A program made the translations under genes and the position numbers. From an uncultured bacterium (GTDB taxonomy: Bacteria; Abyssobacteria; SURF-5; CBDUXP01): a stretch of 64,000 nucleotides of DNA. Every line of letters starts with the position of its first letter. The first letter of the stretch is position 1. The stretch is taken from the NCBI GenBank assembly GCA_965371225.1, contig CBDUXP010000001.1:71883-135882 (forward strand), in the 5' to 3' direction. Below are positions 28,786-39,562 of the stretch, piece after piece. The notes under the pieces are model-generated. The model was given only the letters and a program-made list of their open reading frames with translations, was not told the origin of the DNA and ran no database searches.

Positions 28786-30236
28786 CGGGGGCCGCGACCG
28801 GCCTGCCACTGGGCCGGCGGCACGGGCCGCACCCCGCCGGCTTTCGCCAGCCGCCGCGTGGCGGCGCGGAGCGCGGCGCGGACCTGCCGCTTCGCCGTCC
28901 CGCCCGGATTCGACCGCGCCTCTACCGCCGCCGCGACCGTGAAGCGCCCGATCGCGTCCGCCTGGAACTTGCGCGAATACCTGCGGAGCGCCTGCAGGTC
29001 CAAGTCCTCCAACCGCGTCCCCGCCTTGAGGCATGCGGTGACGATGGCGCCGACGATGTCGTGCGCCTCGCGGAAGGGGACCCCCTTCGTCACCAGGTAG
29101 TCGGCCACATCCGTCGCCGCGAGAAAGCCGTCCGCACAGGCCGCTTCGAGCGCCGCCGAGGACCAGGCCATGTCCGCGAGCATCGGGGGAAACACGTCCA
29201 GGGTCCCATTCAGCGCATCAATAGTGTCGAACAGCGGCTGCTTGTCCTCTTGCAGGTCGCGGTTGTAGGCGAGCGGCAAGCCCTTGAGCGTGGTCAGCAG
29301 GGCGACGAGTGCGCCGTAGGCCCGGCCCGTCTTGCCGCGCGCGAGTTCGGCCATGTCCGGATTTTGTTTTTGCGGCATCATGCTGCTGCCCGTGGTGAAG
29401 GCCTCTGGCAACGTGATGTACCCGAATTCGCTAGTGGACCAGAGCACCAGCTCCTCGCTCAACCGCGACAGGTGCATCATGGTGAGGGCCGCGGCGGCGG
29501 CCGATTCGACGGCCACGTCCCGGTCCGCCACGGCGGCCATGGAGTTGGGCAGGACCTCGGAAAAGCCGAGTGCTTCGGCCACCCCCGCCGCGTCGATGGG
29601 AAAGGTGGTGCCTGCCAGCGCGCCGCTGCCCAGGGGCAGCCGCCGCACGTCCGCCGCCACGCGCGCGATCCGGCCCGCGTCCCCAGCAAACATCTCCACG
29701 TACGCGAGCAGATGGTGGGCCACGCGGACGGGCTGGGCGTGCTGCAGGTGCGTCATCCCCGGCATGATGAGGTCGATGGTGGCCTCCGCCTGCTCGAGCA
29801 GCGCGCCCTGCAGGTTGCGCAGCCCGATGCCGATCCGCTCCAACTCGTCCATCAGGTACAGGCGCAGGTCAGTAGCCACCTGGTCGTTGCGCGACCGGCC
29901 GGTGTGCAGCCGGCCCGCCACGTCCGGTCCACAGATGGCCCGCAACCGCACCTCGATGTTCGTGTGGATGTCCTCCAGGTCCGTGCGAAAGGTAAACGTT
30001 CCCGCTTCGATCTCTTTGCGCACCTGTTTCAGCCCGCGGACGAGCGCGGCGGCCGCCTTTTTCGGAATGATGCCCTGCCGGCCAAGCATGCGCGCGTGCG
30101 CGATGCTGCCCGCGATGTCGTACGGATACAACCGCCAGTCGAAGCTGATGGACTCGCTATAGGCGAGGGCGCGGGGGTCGAGCGGGGTGCGGAACCGGCC
30201 GCCCCACTGCTTCCCGGCGCCGGAGGCGGGCGCCAT
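28782..30236 (-). CDS. argH: Argininosuccinate lyase
   Basis: [15 protein letters not shown] ... GRSRNDQVATDLRLY ... GTTFPIDAA ... GSSMMPQKQNPD. Start ATG overlaps the argG stop. Stop codon overlaps the gdhB stop (convergent CTAA). Confidence 0.85.
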   Translation of the reverse strand: MAPASGAGKQWGGRFRTPLDPRALAYSESISFDWRLYPYDIAGSIAHARMLGRQGIIPKKAAAALVRGLKQVRKEIEAGTFTFRTDLEDIHTNIEVRLRAICGPDVAGRLHTGRSRNDQVATDLRLYLMDELERIGIGLRNLQGALLEQAEATIDLIMPGMTHLQHAQPVRVAHHLLAYVEMFAGDAGRIARVAADVRRLPLGSGALAGTTFPIDAAGVAEALGFSEVLPNSMAAVADRDVAVESAAAAALTMMHLSRLSEELVLWSTSEFGYITLPEAFTTGSSMMPQKQNPDMAELARGKTGRAYGALVALLTTLKGLPLAYNRDLQEDKQPLFDTIDALNGTLDVFPPMLADMAWSSAALEAACADGFLAATDVADYLVTKGVPFREAHDIVGAIVTACLKAGTRLEDLDLQALRRYSRKFQADAIGRFTVAAAVEARSNPGGTAKRQVRAALRAATRRLAKAGGVRPVPPAQWQAGRGPR

Positions 30237-31447
30237 CAGGGGGTGGGCCCCTGCCCCGCCAACGCGCGAATGCGAAGGCGCAGGGCGTTGAGCCGAATGA
30301 ACCCCCCCGCGTCCGCCTGGTCGTAGACGTCGTCCGCCTCGAAGGTGACGAAGTCTTCCCGATACAGGGACCGGTCGGATTTCCGGCCTTCCACGATCGT
30401 GTTGCCCTTGTACAGCTTCAGCCGTACCACGCCGGAGACGCCGCGCTGCGATTCCTGCACGAGCGACCGCAGCAGCGCGCCCTCGGGCGCGTACCAGAAC
30501 CCGTTGTAAATCATCTGGGCGAAGCGCGGGATGAGCGAGTCGCGCAGGTTCATCACCTCCCGGTCCATGGTGATCGACTCGATGGCCCGGTGCGCGACGT
30601 GCAGCACGGTGCCGCCGGGCGTTTCGTACACGCCACGGGATTTCACCCCGACGAACCGATTCTCCACGATGTCGATCCGGCCGATGCCGTTCGCGCCGGC
30701 CACCGCGTTCAACCGTTCCAGCAACGCCACCGGGGCCAGCGTCTCCCCATCGATCGCGACCGGCACCCCATCGGTAAAGGTCACCTCCAGCCACGTGGGC
30801 GAATCGGGCGCCGCCTCGGGTGCAACCGTCAACTCGAACATCTCGGCGTCCGGCGCGCGCCACGGATCCTCCAGAATCCCCCCTTCATAGCTACAGTGGA
30901 AGAGATTCCGGTCCATGCTGTACGGCTTCTCCGCGGTCGCGGTCACCGGGATCGCGCAATCCTGCGCGTACGCGAGCAGGTCGGTCCGGCCTTTGAACTG
31001 CCAGGTCCGCCAGGGCGCGATGATTTGCAAGTCCGGCGCCAGCGCCTGGTACGTCAGTTCGAACCGCACTTGGTCGTTGCCCTTGCCCGTGGCGCCGTGG
31101 CAGACCGCATCCGCCCCGGCCGCCCGGGCAATCTCTACTTGCCGCTTCGCGATAAGCGGCCGCGCGATGGACGTGCCCAACAAATAGGTGCCTTCGTAGA
31201 TCGCGTTCGCCTGCACGGTGGGAAAGACGAAATCGCGCACGAATTCTTCCCGCAGGTCCGCCAGCTCGAATGTGCTGGCACCGGTGGCCAACGCCTTCTC
31301 ATGCAGCGGCGCCAGCTCCTCCCCCTGCCCCACGTCGGCGGCGTACGCGATGACCTCGGCGTTGAACTCATTGATGAGCCACCGCAGCATGACGGAGGTA
31401 TCGAGCCCGCCGGAGTACGCGAGCACGATCTTCTGTTGCGTGCCCAT
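30236..31447 (-). CDS. argG: Argininosuccinate synthase
   Basis: [14 protein letters not shown] ... [13 protein letters not shown] ... [19 protein letters not shown]. 403 aa. Confidence 0.9.
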   Translation of the reverse strand: MGTQQKIVLAYSGGLDTSVMLRWLINEFNAEVIAYAADVGQGEELAPLHEKALATGASTFELADLREEFVRDFVFPTVQANAIYEGTYLLGTSIARPLIAKRQVEIARAAGADAVCHGATGKGNDQVRFELTYQALAPDLQIIAPWRTWQFKGRTDLLAYAQDCAIPVTATAEKPYSMDRNLFHCSYEGGILEDPWRAPDAEMFELTVAPEAAPDSPTWLEVTFTDGVPVAIDGETLAPVALLERLNAVAGANGIGRIDIVENRFVGVKSRGVYETPGGTVLHVAHRAIESITMDREVMNLRDSLIPRFAQMIYNGFWYAPEGALLRSLVQESQRGVSGVVRLKLYKGNTIVEGRKSDRSLYREDFVTFEADDVYDQADAGGFIRLNALRLRIRALAGQGPTP

Positions 31448-31451
31448 GGTC

Positions 31452-32381
31452 CTAGACTCCGAGCAGCAGCGTCAACACGCCTTTTTGCGCGTGCAGCCGA
31501 TTCTCCGCCTGCTCGAGCACGATGGAGTGCGCGCCGTCGATCACGGCGTCGGTAATCTCTTCGCCCCGATGCGCGGGCAGGCAATGCATCACCACGGTGT
31601 CCGCCCGCGCCTCCTGCATGAGCGCCTCATTCACCTGGTATTCGGCGAACGCCACCCGCCGCTCTTCCCACTCGGCTTCCTGCCCCATGCTGATCCAGGT
31701 ATCCGTGTAGATGACGTCCGCCTCCCGCGCGGGGCTGACGAGATCGTGCGTGACCGTGATCCGACCGGGCCCGGCCTCCGCCTGCGCAGCGGCGAGAATG
31801 GCCTCGTCCGGATGATACCTCTCGGGACACGCGGCGGTGAAGCGGATCCCCAGCCGCGCGGCGGCCACCAGCCAAGACTGGCAGACGTTGTTGCCGTCCC
31901 CGACCCACAGCACGTGCAAGTCGTCCGTCTCACCGAACCGCTCCCGCAGGGTGAGCACGTCCGCCAGGACTTGACACGGGTGGTACCGGTCGGTCAGCCC
32001 GTTGATCACGGGGACCGTGGCGTTGGCCGCAAGTTCCTGCACGGTCCCGTGCGCGTACGTCCGCGCCATCACCGCATCCACCCACCGGCTCAAATTGCGC
32101 GCGGCATCCGCCGGGGTCTCGCGCTTGCCCAGGCCGATGCTCTCCGGGCCGAGGTAGATGGCCAGCCCGCCCAACTGGAACATGCCCGTCTCGAACGTGA
32201 CGCGGGTGCGCAGGCTCGGCTTCTCGAAGATCATGGCGAGCACCTTGCCCGCCAGCGGGCGGTCGGTCATGCCCGCCTTGAGCGCCGATTTCAAGCCCGC
32301 CGCCCGGTCGAGAATCTCTTCGATCTCGTCCCGCGTGCAATCGGCCAGGGAAATCAGATGCCGCACTGTGCGCGTGGTCAT
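31452..32381 (-). CDS. argF: Ornithine carbamoyltransferase
   Basis: STRTR carbamoyl-phosphate-binding motif (FEKPSLRTR) and [10 protein letters not shown] ornithine-binding motif. Start trimmed to MTTRTVRHL. Confidence 0.85.
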   Translation of the reverse strand: MTTRTVRHLISLADCTRDEIEEILDRAAGLKSALKAGMTDRPLAGKVLAMIFEKPSLRTRVTFETGMFQLGGLAIYLGPESIGLGKRETPADAARNLSRWVDAVMARTYAHGTVQELAANATVPVINGLTDRYHPCQVLADVLTLRERFGETDDLHVLWVGDGNNVCQSWLVAAARLGIRFTAACPERYHPDEAILAAAQAEAGPGRITVTHDLVSPAREADVIYTDTWISMGQEAEWEERRVAFAEYQVNEALMQEARADTVVMHCLPAHRGEEITDAVIDGAHSIVLEQAENRLHAQKGVLTLLLGV

Positions 32382-33595
32382 GCCGCACCCCCGAGCACGG
32401 TCGCGAGCGCATCCACCACCCGGTCGCAATCCGCGGGCGTCGTAATGAGGGGCGGCAGCAGCCGGAGCACTTCCGGCCCCGCACTCCCCACGAGAATGCC
32501 GTGCTCCACCTGGAGCGCCTCAACCCAGTCCGCTACGGGCCGGTCGGCGACCATCCCGAGCAGGAATCCCGCGCCCCGAATTTCCCGCACGCACGGCAAG
32601 GGGGCCACGGCCGCGTCGAGCCGATTCCACAGATGACGAGCCGTCTCCCGGGCCGCATCCAGAAATCCGTCCGCCGTTACCACGTCGAGCGTCGCGTTGG
32701 CCGCGGCGGTCACGAGCGGATTGCCCCCGAAGGTGCTCGCGTGATCGCTCACCTGCATGGCGCTCGCGACGCGGTCCGTGGCGAGCATCACGCCGATGGG
32801 CAGGCCACCGCCGAGCGCCTTGGCGAGCGTCATGATGTCCGGCGTGATCCCGGCGAGTTCGTGGCCCCACAGCGGGCCGCAGCGCCCGACGCCCGTCTGC
32901 ACCTCATCGAGGACGAGCAGCACGCCCCGCTCGTCGCAAAGGCGGCGGACGCCCCGGAGGTAGTCGGCTTCCGCGGGAATGACGCCGCCCTCGGCCTGCA
33001 CCGGTTCCAGCATGACGGCGCACGTGGTGGGCGTCACCGCGGCGCGTAGCGCATCCAAATCGTTCAGCGGCACGTGGGAGAACCCCCCGGGCAGCGGGTG
33101 GAAATTGCGCTGGTACTTCTCTTGCCCGGTGGCCGTAATCGTGGCCAGGGTGCGGCCGTGAAACGCGCCCCACATGCAGATGATGTCGCTGCCGCCCGGG
33201 CCTTGGGTCAGGCCCCACTTGCGCGCGAGCTTGATGGCCGCTTCGTTCGCCTCCGCACCCGAGTTGCAGAAGAAGACTTTCTCGGCAAACGAGTGCTCCG
33301 TGAGCCGTTCGGCCAGATGGACCTGCGGTTCGATGTAGTACAGGTTGGACACGTGCAGGAGCGTTTCCGCCTGCTGCTGCACCGCGCCGACCACGGCCGG
33401 ATGGCAATGGCCCAGGCCGTTGACCGCCAACCCGCTCAAAAAGTCGAGGTACTCGCGCCCGTCCGCGTCCCACACGCGCAGGCCCTCACCCCGCACCAGC
33501 GCCAGGGTCCGGCCCTGGCCGTACGTGTCGAGCACGTGGGCGTGGTTGAGCGCCCGGATATCCGCCGCGGCGGTGGGAGTGGTGGACGTGGACAT
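32378..33595 (-). CDS. argD: Acetylornithine aminotransferase (class III PLP aminotransferase)
   Basis: LDFLSGLAVNGLGHCHP ... LDEVQTGVGRCG ... TLAKALGGGLPIGV. Immediately upstream of argF in the arg operon. Confidence 0.85.
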   Translation of the reverse strand: MSTSTTPTAAADIRALNHAHVLDTYGQGRTLALVRGEGLRVWDADGREYLDFLSGLAVNGLGHCHPAVVGAVQQQAETLLHVSNLYYIEPQVHLAERLTEHSFAEKVFFCNSGAEANEAAIKLARKWGLTQGPGGSDIICMWGAFHGRTLATITATGQEKYQRNFHPLPGGFSHVPLNDLDALRAAVTPTTCAVMLEPVQAEGGVIPAEADYLRGVRRLCDERGVLLVLDEVQTGVGRCGPLWGHELAGITPDIMTLAKALGGGLPIGVMLATDRVASAMQVSDHASTFGGNPLVTAAANATLDVVTADGFLDAARETARHLWNRLDAAVAPLPCVREIRGAGFLLGMVADRPVADWVEALQVEHGILVGSAGPEVLRLLPPLITTPADCDRVVDALATVLGGAA

Positions 33596-33613
33596 GGGCG
33601 AGGCGCGAAACGC

Positions 33614-33967
33614 TCAGTCGGCGCCGGTGCTACCGGTGGACTTCGTCTGCTTCCCGTTGCCGGCCTTGGATTTCGGCTTGGACTTGGCCTTCGTCTCGGA
33701 TTTCGTCGCGGCTTTCCCGTCGCCGGTAGAGGAGTCCGAGCCGGACGGCTTGGCCGAGTCAGCCTTCGCCTTGGACTTGTACGCCTCGGACCGATAGTCG
33801 GTCTCGTAAAAGCCGGAGCCCTTGAAGATGATGCCCGCGCCGGTCCCGATGAGCTTGCGCATGCCGCCCTTGCACTTGGGACACTTCACCCGCGGTTTCT
33901 CCAGCATGCCGTGAAAAACCTCGGTCTGGTTGCCACACTTCCGGCATTCGTAATCGTACGTCGGCAC
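33614..33967 (-). CDS. FmdB-family zinc-ribbon protein with Lys/Ser-rich C-terminal tail
   Basis: (V/M)PTYDYECRKCGNQTEVFHGMLEKPRVKCPKCKGGMRKL carries the two CxxC pairs of the FmdB family. Start placed at the GTG at 33965..33967. An upstream ATG at 34024 is the alternative. Confidence 0.55.
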   Translation of the reverse strand: MPTYDYECRKCGNQTEVFHGMLEKPRVKCPKCKGGMRKLIGTGAGIIFKGSGFYETDYRSEAYKSKAKADSAKPSGSDSSTGDGKAATKSETKAKSKPKSKAGNGKQTKSTGSTGAD

Positions 33968-34144
33968 TTGTCCGGCTCCTTGAGCCCCCGGGGCCGCAGC
34001 CCAGAAAAACTCTGACTGTAGCATAGGGCGACAGGGCCAGCAATTTTCACCAGCCGGGGAGGCGTGTCCGTGACACACCCCGGTGTCGAGGGGGAACCCG
34101 GCCCAGGCGGCGGCCCCGCCCGGCGCGGCCCGCGACGAGGGCGG

Positions 34145-34477
34145 CTACGGGGTCGGCGGCTCCGCGTGCATCAGCATACGGACGCGCACCCGCGGGGGCG
34201 GGTCGCGGTAGAGGGTGCGTTCCACCCACCACCAGCCGGACGCGCCGGCCCAGTACAGGGGCGCGAATCCCGCGTCGAGCACGTGGGCCGCCGAGTCGCC
34301 GACGGGGTGGCGCGTCACGAGCCACGGGCGAGCCGGGGCCGGAGGCATGTCGGCCGGGGCGGGGTCAGTCCCAGCAGTCTCGGGTGGGGCCATCGAATCG
34401 GCCGCGGCCGCCGGACCCGCCAGCGTCACGCCGAGCAGGACCAGAGCCATCGCGGTGGGGATACCACGTCGCATCAT
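34145..34477 (-). CDS. Small secreted hypothetical protein (~110 aa)
   Basis: MMRRGIPTAMALVLLGVTLAGPAAAADS is a signal peptide. C-terminal WWW motif (YWAGASGWWWVERTLY). Start trimmed from the ORF-track ORF. Confidence 0.3.
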   Translation of the reverse strand: MMRRGIPTAMALVLLGVTLAGPAAAADSMAPPETAGTDPAPADMPPAPARPWLVTRHPVGDSAAHVLDAGFAPLYWAGASGWWWVERTLYRDPPPRVRVRMLMHAEPPTP

Positions 34478-35160
34478 TCCGTCTCCTCGCGTTGGACGCG
34501 CGCACGCGCTTCCATGACGTCCTCCGCCCCGAGCCAGCCGAGCAGCTCGACGCGGTCGAACCGTTTTTCGCGCATCGCCCCCTTCGTCACCATGTGGAAG
34601 GGGAGGTCGGCGGACAGGATCCACTTTTCGATCGTGTCGGGCGTGGCGGACAGAATGCGCGCCGCCTCCTCCTCGTCCACCAATTCCAGATGTTCGTGAT
34701 CCTCCTGCCGGCGCAGCCACACGCGGCGTGGGGCCAGGCGGCGGTCGTCCGGCTCCCGGTGCGGCACGCCGCCGGGTTGGTCCTCCGCGCGGCGCAATCG
34801 TTCCCGCCGCTGTCCCTGCCGGCGGTCCCCTTTCAAGAGCGCGGGGGCGCTCAGGTCAAAAGGGCCGGAGGCAAACACATTCGGATGCGGGCCGGCCGCG
34901 CCGCCACGGTACACGCCGTCCGCGTCCCGCTGGGCCGGGATGCTGGGCACGCTGGGGAGGGCGGGACTCTCCAGCGCGTTCATATCCAGGTATTCCGGAT
35001 CCGCGTCCGCCTCCGAGTCCGGGGCGGCCGCCCCCGGCGCATCAGCCCCAGCCGGGCTGAGCGCGCCTGCCGGAGCAACCGGCGCGAGGCGGGCATTGAT
35101 CAACAGCACGTAGTAAATGTAGAGGAGGATGGAAAAGAAGAGAATCCAGAAAAGAATCAT
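34474..35160 (-). CDS. Membrane-anchored protein with C-terminal excisionase/MerR-like helix-turn-helix domain
   Basis: N-terminal TM MILFWILFFSILLYIYYVLLI, a Pro/Ala-rich linker, then ARILSATPDTIEKWILSADLPFHMVTKGAMREKRFDRVELLGWL, which resembles HTH_17. Lies directly downstream of kinase 1. Confidence 0.45.
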   Translation of the reverse strand: MILFWILFFSILLYIYYVLLINARLAPVAPAGALSPAGADAPGAAAPDSEADADPEYLDMNALESPALPSVPSIPAQRDADGVYRGGAAGPHPNVFASGPFDLSAPALLKGDRRQGQRRERLRRAEDQPGGVPHREPDDRRLAPRRVWLRRQEDHEHLELVDEEEAARILSATPDTIEKWILSADLPFHMVTKGAMREKRFDRVELLGWLGAEDVMEARARVQREETE

Positions 35161-35228
35161 GTGCGCAAGGTGTGCATCCCCGGATCCCTAGTACGCAGTG
35201 TAGCGGTCCGCTCGACGCGCCCGCAACC

Positions 35229-37763
35229 CTAGGGGTCGATGCCGTACACCTGCAAGTGCGTGAATCGCGTCACGAAGGTGCTGGTCCCCGCGCGCTCCCG
35301 AAAGTGCACCAGGCGCACCCCGGTGAGCGTCACCGGATCCGTCCCGGCGCGTGCCCAGTCCGCGGCGAGCGGCAAGGTCACCGTGCGCCACGCGCCCGGC
35401 TCGCCTGCGAGGAGGCCGGCCCGCTCGATGAGCGGCACCGGCTGGGCCTGTCCCGCAGGCCAGGAGCCGACGGCGCCGCCCGTGCTGTAGAGCAGGTACG
35501 CCAGGGGCGGGCGCGCCGTCCCCTCCACTTCGATCCAGCAGGCCAGCACCCCGCCCGGTGGCACGCGGTCGCTCTCCACCTGCACGGTCACCTCGAGCCG
35601 GGCGGCGCCGGCCACGGTCAACCCCTTCCGGGACACGTGCGGCGCGCACCGTTGCCATCCGAGGTCGGTGGCACTCGCCAGGACAAGATTCGCGTCCTCG
35701 ACTTCCACCTGCAAGTTGGGCGCGCACTCCGTCGCCACCCGCCAGGGACCGTCCTCCAACACGGGCCCATCAAACGCTTCTTCCCACAGCACAATGGCAG
35801 TCGGCGGGGGCGCGTCGGCGAAGCCCTCGAGCGGCGGCGCGGGGGCCGGCTCTGCAGTCGGCGGGGCAGCTGACGGTTCGGGCGGGGCGGCGGCGAGTGC
35901 GAGCGCCGCGACCGCTTCCCCATGGCGCGCTTGGGCCGCGGCGAACCCCTGCTGTTGCTCCTCCACGTGTTGCTTGGCGAGCGCGATGCGAGCGCGATGG
36001 GTCCTGAGGGAATCGCGGGCCTGGTCTGCCGCGGCCGCGGCCTGCCCGTACGCGCGCTCGAAATGCCGGAGCTCAGTGAACGGAATGCGCATGCGGCCGC
36101 CCTCCGGTAACTGCACTCGCAGGGTTTCCATATCGCTCTCGGCATCCAGAATGCGGCAGACCAACTCCCGCCCGCTGGTGAAGACGACGCGGTCGGGAAA
36201 CTGCAAGCTCGCATCCGGCGGGGCACTGCGCTGTTGCGTCAGGGCAACCTGGGCCGCAGCGTTCGCCTCACGCGCCGCGCGCCATTCGGCGCTCGCGGCC
36301 GCCAGCGTGCGCAACTCAGGCCCGTAGGCGGGGGGCGGCACGGGCGGGAGATACGCGGCGGCGTCTTCCATCAGGGGGGGCATCTCCTCCCTGCGCACGA
36401 AATCCACCTGGTGGTCGAGCTTCCACGTATCGAACACATCCCGCGCCCATGCCCGAGCAATTTGGCGATCCTGGGCCGTGGCCGCGGTGGTCGCCCGGGG
36501 GCGGAGCGGGGTGTCCTCGGCCAGCGCCGAAGCGGGCAGGAACACGGGACCCATGTCCGGGTAGGTCAGGACGGCGCCACCGTCCTGCGCGTGCGCGTCC
36601 GGGGCGGGGAGGATGCCCCCGTTGCGAAGGTGCACGCTCACGCGCGCCTGCGCCGCCCCTATCTCCGCCTGGGCGTCGTACAGGCTCAGCAACCCAGCGA
36701 GTGCTTCCATGTCGGGCACGCGATGCACCACGGGGGGGCGCATCGGCGCGGCGGGCTCTTGCGCGGGGCGCAGCAAGATCAGCGCGAGTGCGGTCGCGGT
36801 GGCGGCCAGCCCCCCGGCTCCCAGCAGCATGGCCCACCGGGTGGTCGCCGGCGTGGGGGCCGGCCGGAGCTGACCCGGTGCCCCGGTGGACTGCACCTCT
36901 TGGGCGGAGCTGCTCGTCGCGTCCCCCTTGACGATGAGGCGCAAGTCCGCGATCACGTCGGCGCAGCTCTGGTAGCGACCTTCGGGCTCCTTGGCGAGCA
37001 TCTTCAACACCACCCGTTCGACCGGGATAGGCACATCCGCGTTCAGTTCGCTTGGCGGACGCGGCTCATCGAACTGATGTTGTTGGAGGGTGACCAACGC
37101 ATCCTTATTGTCGAAGGGCACTCCGCCGGTGAGCATCTCGTAGAACACGATCCCGAGACTGTAAATGTCGCTCTGTGGCGTCGTGGTCTTCCCCGACGCC
37201 TGCTCCGGGGACATGTATTCGGGCGTGCCGACGATGGTGCCCAAAGTGGTCAACCGCTCGGCGGTCCCGTGCAGGGCGATGCCGAAGTCCGTCAATTTCG
37301 CATTGCCCCGCCGGTCAAACAGAATGTTCGCGGGTTTGATATCGCGGTGGATAATGCCGGCTTCATGCGCAGCGTGCAGGCCCCGGCAGACTTGGACGAC
37401 CGAGCGCACGGCATCGGTCACGTTCAGGTGCTGCTTGCGGAAGATCCGGTCGTCCAGCGTCTCGCCTTCGACCAACTCCATGGCATAGTAGTGCGCGCCG
37501 TCCTGCTCGCCGATGTCGTACACCTGGACAATGTTCGGGTGGTTGAGCTGCGCGATGGCGCGCGCCTCGCGCCGGAAGCGGCGGACGAAGGCCTCGTCGA
37601 TGGTGAACTGGGGCGGCAGGAGTTTCAGCGCCACCCGGCGATCCAGCTCCACCTGGCGCGCCAGGTACACCACGCCCATCCCCCCCTTGCCGAGCTCTCC
37701 TTCGATTCGGTAGCCGCCCAGACGTTTGCCGATGAGCGAACTCACGCGCCCAGTGTAGCGCAC
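35229..37763 (-). CDS. Hanks-type Ser/Thr protein kinase with TM segment and large extracytoplasmic domain (kinase 1 of 3)
   Basis: GELGKGGMGVVYLA ... VALKLL ... IIHRDIKPANILF ... DFGIA ... GTPEYMSPEQ. TM helix MLLGAGGLAATATALALILL. ~480-aa C-terminal domain. Confidence 0.8.
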   Translation of the reverse strand: MRYTGRVSSLIGKRLGGYRIEGELGKGGMGVVYLARQVELDRRVALKLLPPQFTIDEAFVRRFRREARAIAQLNHPNIVQVYDIGEQDGAHYYAMELVEGETLDDRIFRKQHLNVTDAVRSVVQVCRGLHAAHEAGIIHRDIKPANILFDRRGNAKLTDFGIALHGTAERLTTLGTIVGTPEYMSPEQASGKTTTPQSDIYSLGIVFYEMLTGGVPFDNKDALVTLQQHQFDEPRPPSELNADVPIPVERVVLKMLAKEPEGRYQSCADVIADLRLIVKGDATSSSAQEVQSTGAPGQLRPAPTPATTRWAMLLGAGGLAATATALALILLRPAQEPAAPMRPPVVHRVPDMEALAGLLSLYDAQAEIGAAQARVSVHLRNGGILPAPDAHAQDGGAVLTYPDMGPVFLPASALAEDTPLRPRATTAATAQDRQIARAWARDVFDTWKLDHQVDFVRREEMPPLMEDAAAYLPPVPPPAYGPELRTLAAASAEWRAAREANAAAQVALTQQRSAPPDASLQFPDRVVFTSGRELVCRILDAESDMETLRVQLPEGGRMRIPFTELRHFERAYGQAAAAADQARDSLRTHRARIALAKQHVEEQQQGFAAAQARHGEAVAALALAAAPPEPSAAPPTAEPAPAPPLEGFADAPPPTAIVLWEEAFDGPVLEDGPWRVATECAPNLQVEVEDANLVLASATDLGWQRCAPHVSRKGLTVAGAARLEVTVQVESDRVPPGGVLACWIEVEGTARPPLAYLLYSTGGAVGSWPAGQAQPVPLIERAGLLAGEPGAWRTVTLPLAADWARAGTDPVTLTGVRLVHFRERAGTSTFVTRFTHLQVYGIDP

Positions 37764-37793
37764 GGGACGGCCGCGGCCCGCGACGCGCGCCGG

Positions 37794-39464
37794 TTACCGA
37801 GGCGGCTTGGTGCTCGCCATCAGGAGGCGGACGGCTTCCTCATACCCGGCCACCGCTGCGGTGGCGTCGTCCCCCGCCTCGCGGGCAGCCTCGACCGCGC
37901 GCCACCGTTTCGCCACCTGCCGTAATTCCGCGCGGCTGCGAATTTCCGGCGGCGGCGGCAGGTCCCGCTGCCCCTGTTCCAACATGCGACGCAGGCCCAA
38001 GAGCGGCAAGCCGCCGCCTTCCAGCATGCCCCCGTGTGCGGGATTGTTGTTTTTCCATTGGATGTAGTACCGCCGCGCCCACGTGTCCCCCTGGCTCTTG
38101 AACGCCGCCGGCGTGTAGGCCTTCAGGGAGCCGGGAGTCACGGCGCTGTCGGGCAGGCGGACCTCGCCGCGCACCCGGGGCACCCGCAACACCACCCCCG
38201 CGTCTTCCCGCCGCCCGTCCGCGCCCGTCAAGATCGCGCCATTGGCCAGCGTCAGCGTCATCGGGGTGCCGCGGGGCTTGGCCAGAAACTTCTCCTGGTA
38301 ACAGTGGCGCTTGGCCGCGTACAACTCGATCATGTAGCTGTGGGCAATCGGAAAGGGGACGGGGCTCTGCTCCAGGGTGGGGACTTCCACCAGTGGCCGG
38401 CTGCACGGGGTCCGGCTCCGATAGACGGCAAGTCCCACGGCGAGCACGGCCACCGCGGCCAAGGGGATGCGATACGGGCGCACGACCTCGACCAAGGCCG
38501 CACCGACCTCGCCGGCGGCGGCGCCGCCACGGCCGACCAGCCGCTGGACGGTGTGCATGGTGGTTGGGCGCGGCACGGCGCCCGTGCCGGTGGGCGGAAC
38601 GGTGACCCCAGCCTGCAGGCCCGTGCCGGTGGTCGGGCTCCCGCCGGTGGCCGTGCGCACGAGGGAGCGCAGGTCCGCCACCACGGCGGCACACGTCGCG
38701 TAGCGGTCCGCCGGGTCCTTCGCCAGCATCTTCAACACCATGCGCTCCAGCGGCGCCGGAATCTCCGGCGCCAAGTCGCTCGGCGCTCGCGGCGCCTCGT
38801 GCTGGTGCTGCTGCAGGATGATCAGCCGGTTCTCGTGTTGGAAGGGGACGGTGCCCGTGAGCATCTCGTAGAACACGATGCCGAGGCTATAGATGTCGCT
38901 CTGGAGCGTGATGGTCTTGGCGCCGGCCTGCTCCGGTGACATGTACTCCGGCGTGCCGATGATGCCCCCGGTGCGCGTGAGCCGTTCAGCGGTCAGGTCC
39001 AGCGCGATGCCAAAGTCCATGACCTTCGGCAGGCCTTCCTTGTCGATGACGATGTTGGCCGGTTTAATATCCCGGTGGATGATCCCGGCCCCGTGCGCCG
39101 CCTGCAGGGCGCGGCACACGTGCGCCACGATGCGCACCGCTTCCTTCCACGACAGGCGCTTCTTCCGGGCGATCCGCTGGTCCAGCGACTCGCCGTCCAC
39201 CAGTTCCATGACGTAGTAGTACGTGCCGTCCTGCTGGCCGCTGTCGTAAATGTGCACGATGCGCGCGTGATTCAGTTGCGCGACCGCGCGCGCCTCCCGC
39301 AGGAAGCGCTGCACGAACGAGGCGTCGTCCGTGAGCGTCTTGGCCAGCACCTTGAGCGCGACCGGCCGGTCCAGATCCACCTGCCGCGCCTTGTAGACGG
39401 TCCCCATCCCGCCGGAGCCGAGTTCCTCCTCGACCACGTACTCGCCGAACTGCTTTCCGATCAT
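37794..39464 (-). CDS. Hanks-type Ser/Thr protein kinase with TM segment and extracytoplasmic domain (kinase 2 of 3)
   Basis: GSGGMGTVYKA ... VALKVL ... IIHRDIKPANIVI ... DFGIAL ... GTPEYMSPEQ. TM helix. ~200-aa C-terminal domain. Confidence 0.8.
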   Translation of the reverse strand: MIGKQFGEYVVEEELGSGGMGTVYKARQVDLDRPVALKVLAKTLTDDASFVQRFLREARAVAQLNHARIVHIYDSGQQDGTYYYVMELVDGESLDQRIARKKRLSWKEAVRIVAHVCRALQAAHGAGIIHRDIKPANIVIDKEGLPKVMDFGIALDLTAERLTRTGGIIGTPEYMSPEQAGAKTITLQSDIYSLGIVFYEMLTGTVPFQHENRLIILQQHQHEAPRAPSDLAPEIPAPLERMVLKMLAKDPADRYATCAAVVADLRSLVRTATGGSPTTGTGLQAGVTVPPTGTGAVPRPTTMHTVQRLVGRGGAAAGEVGAALVEVVRPYRIPLAAVAVLAVGLAVYRSRTPCSRPLVEVPTLEQSPVPFPIAHSYMIELYAAKRHCYQEKFLAKPRGTPMTLTLANGAILTGADGRREDAGVVLRVPRVRGEVRLPDSAVTPGSLKAYTPAAFKSQGDTWARRYYIQWKNNNPAHGGMLEGGGLPLLGLRRMLEQGQRDLPPPPEIRSRAELRQVAKRWRAVEAAREAGDDATAAVAGYEEAVRLLMASTKPPR

Positions 39465-39562
39465 TGCCGCCGTCCTCCCGCCGGACCGTCCGCGATCTCA
39501 GCCGTCGCCGCTCCCCCGGCGACCGCCGATCTCCGAGCCTGCTGAGTGGGGTCTCGCGAGCG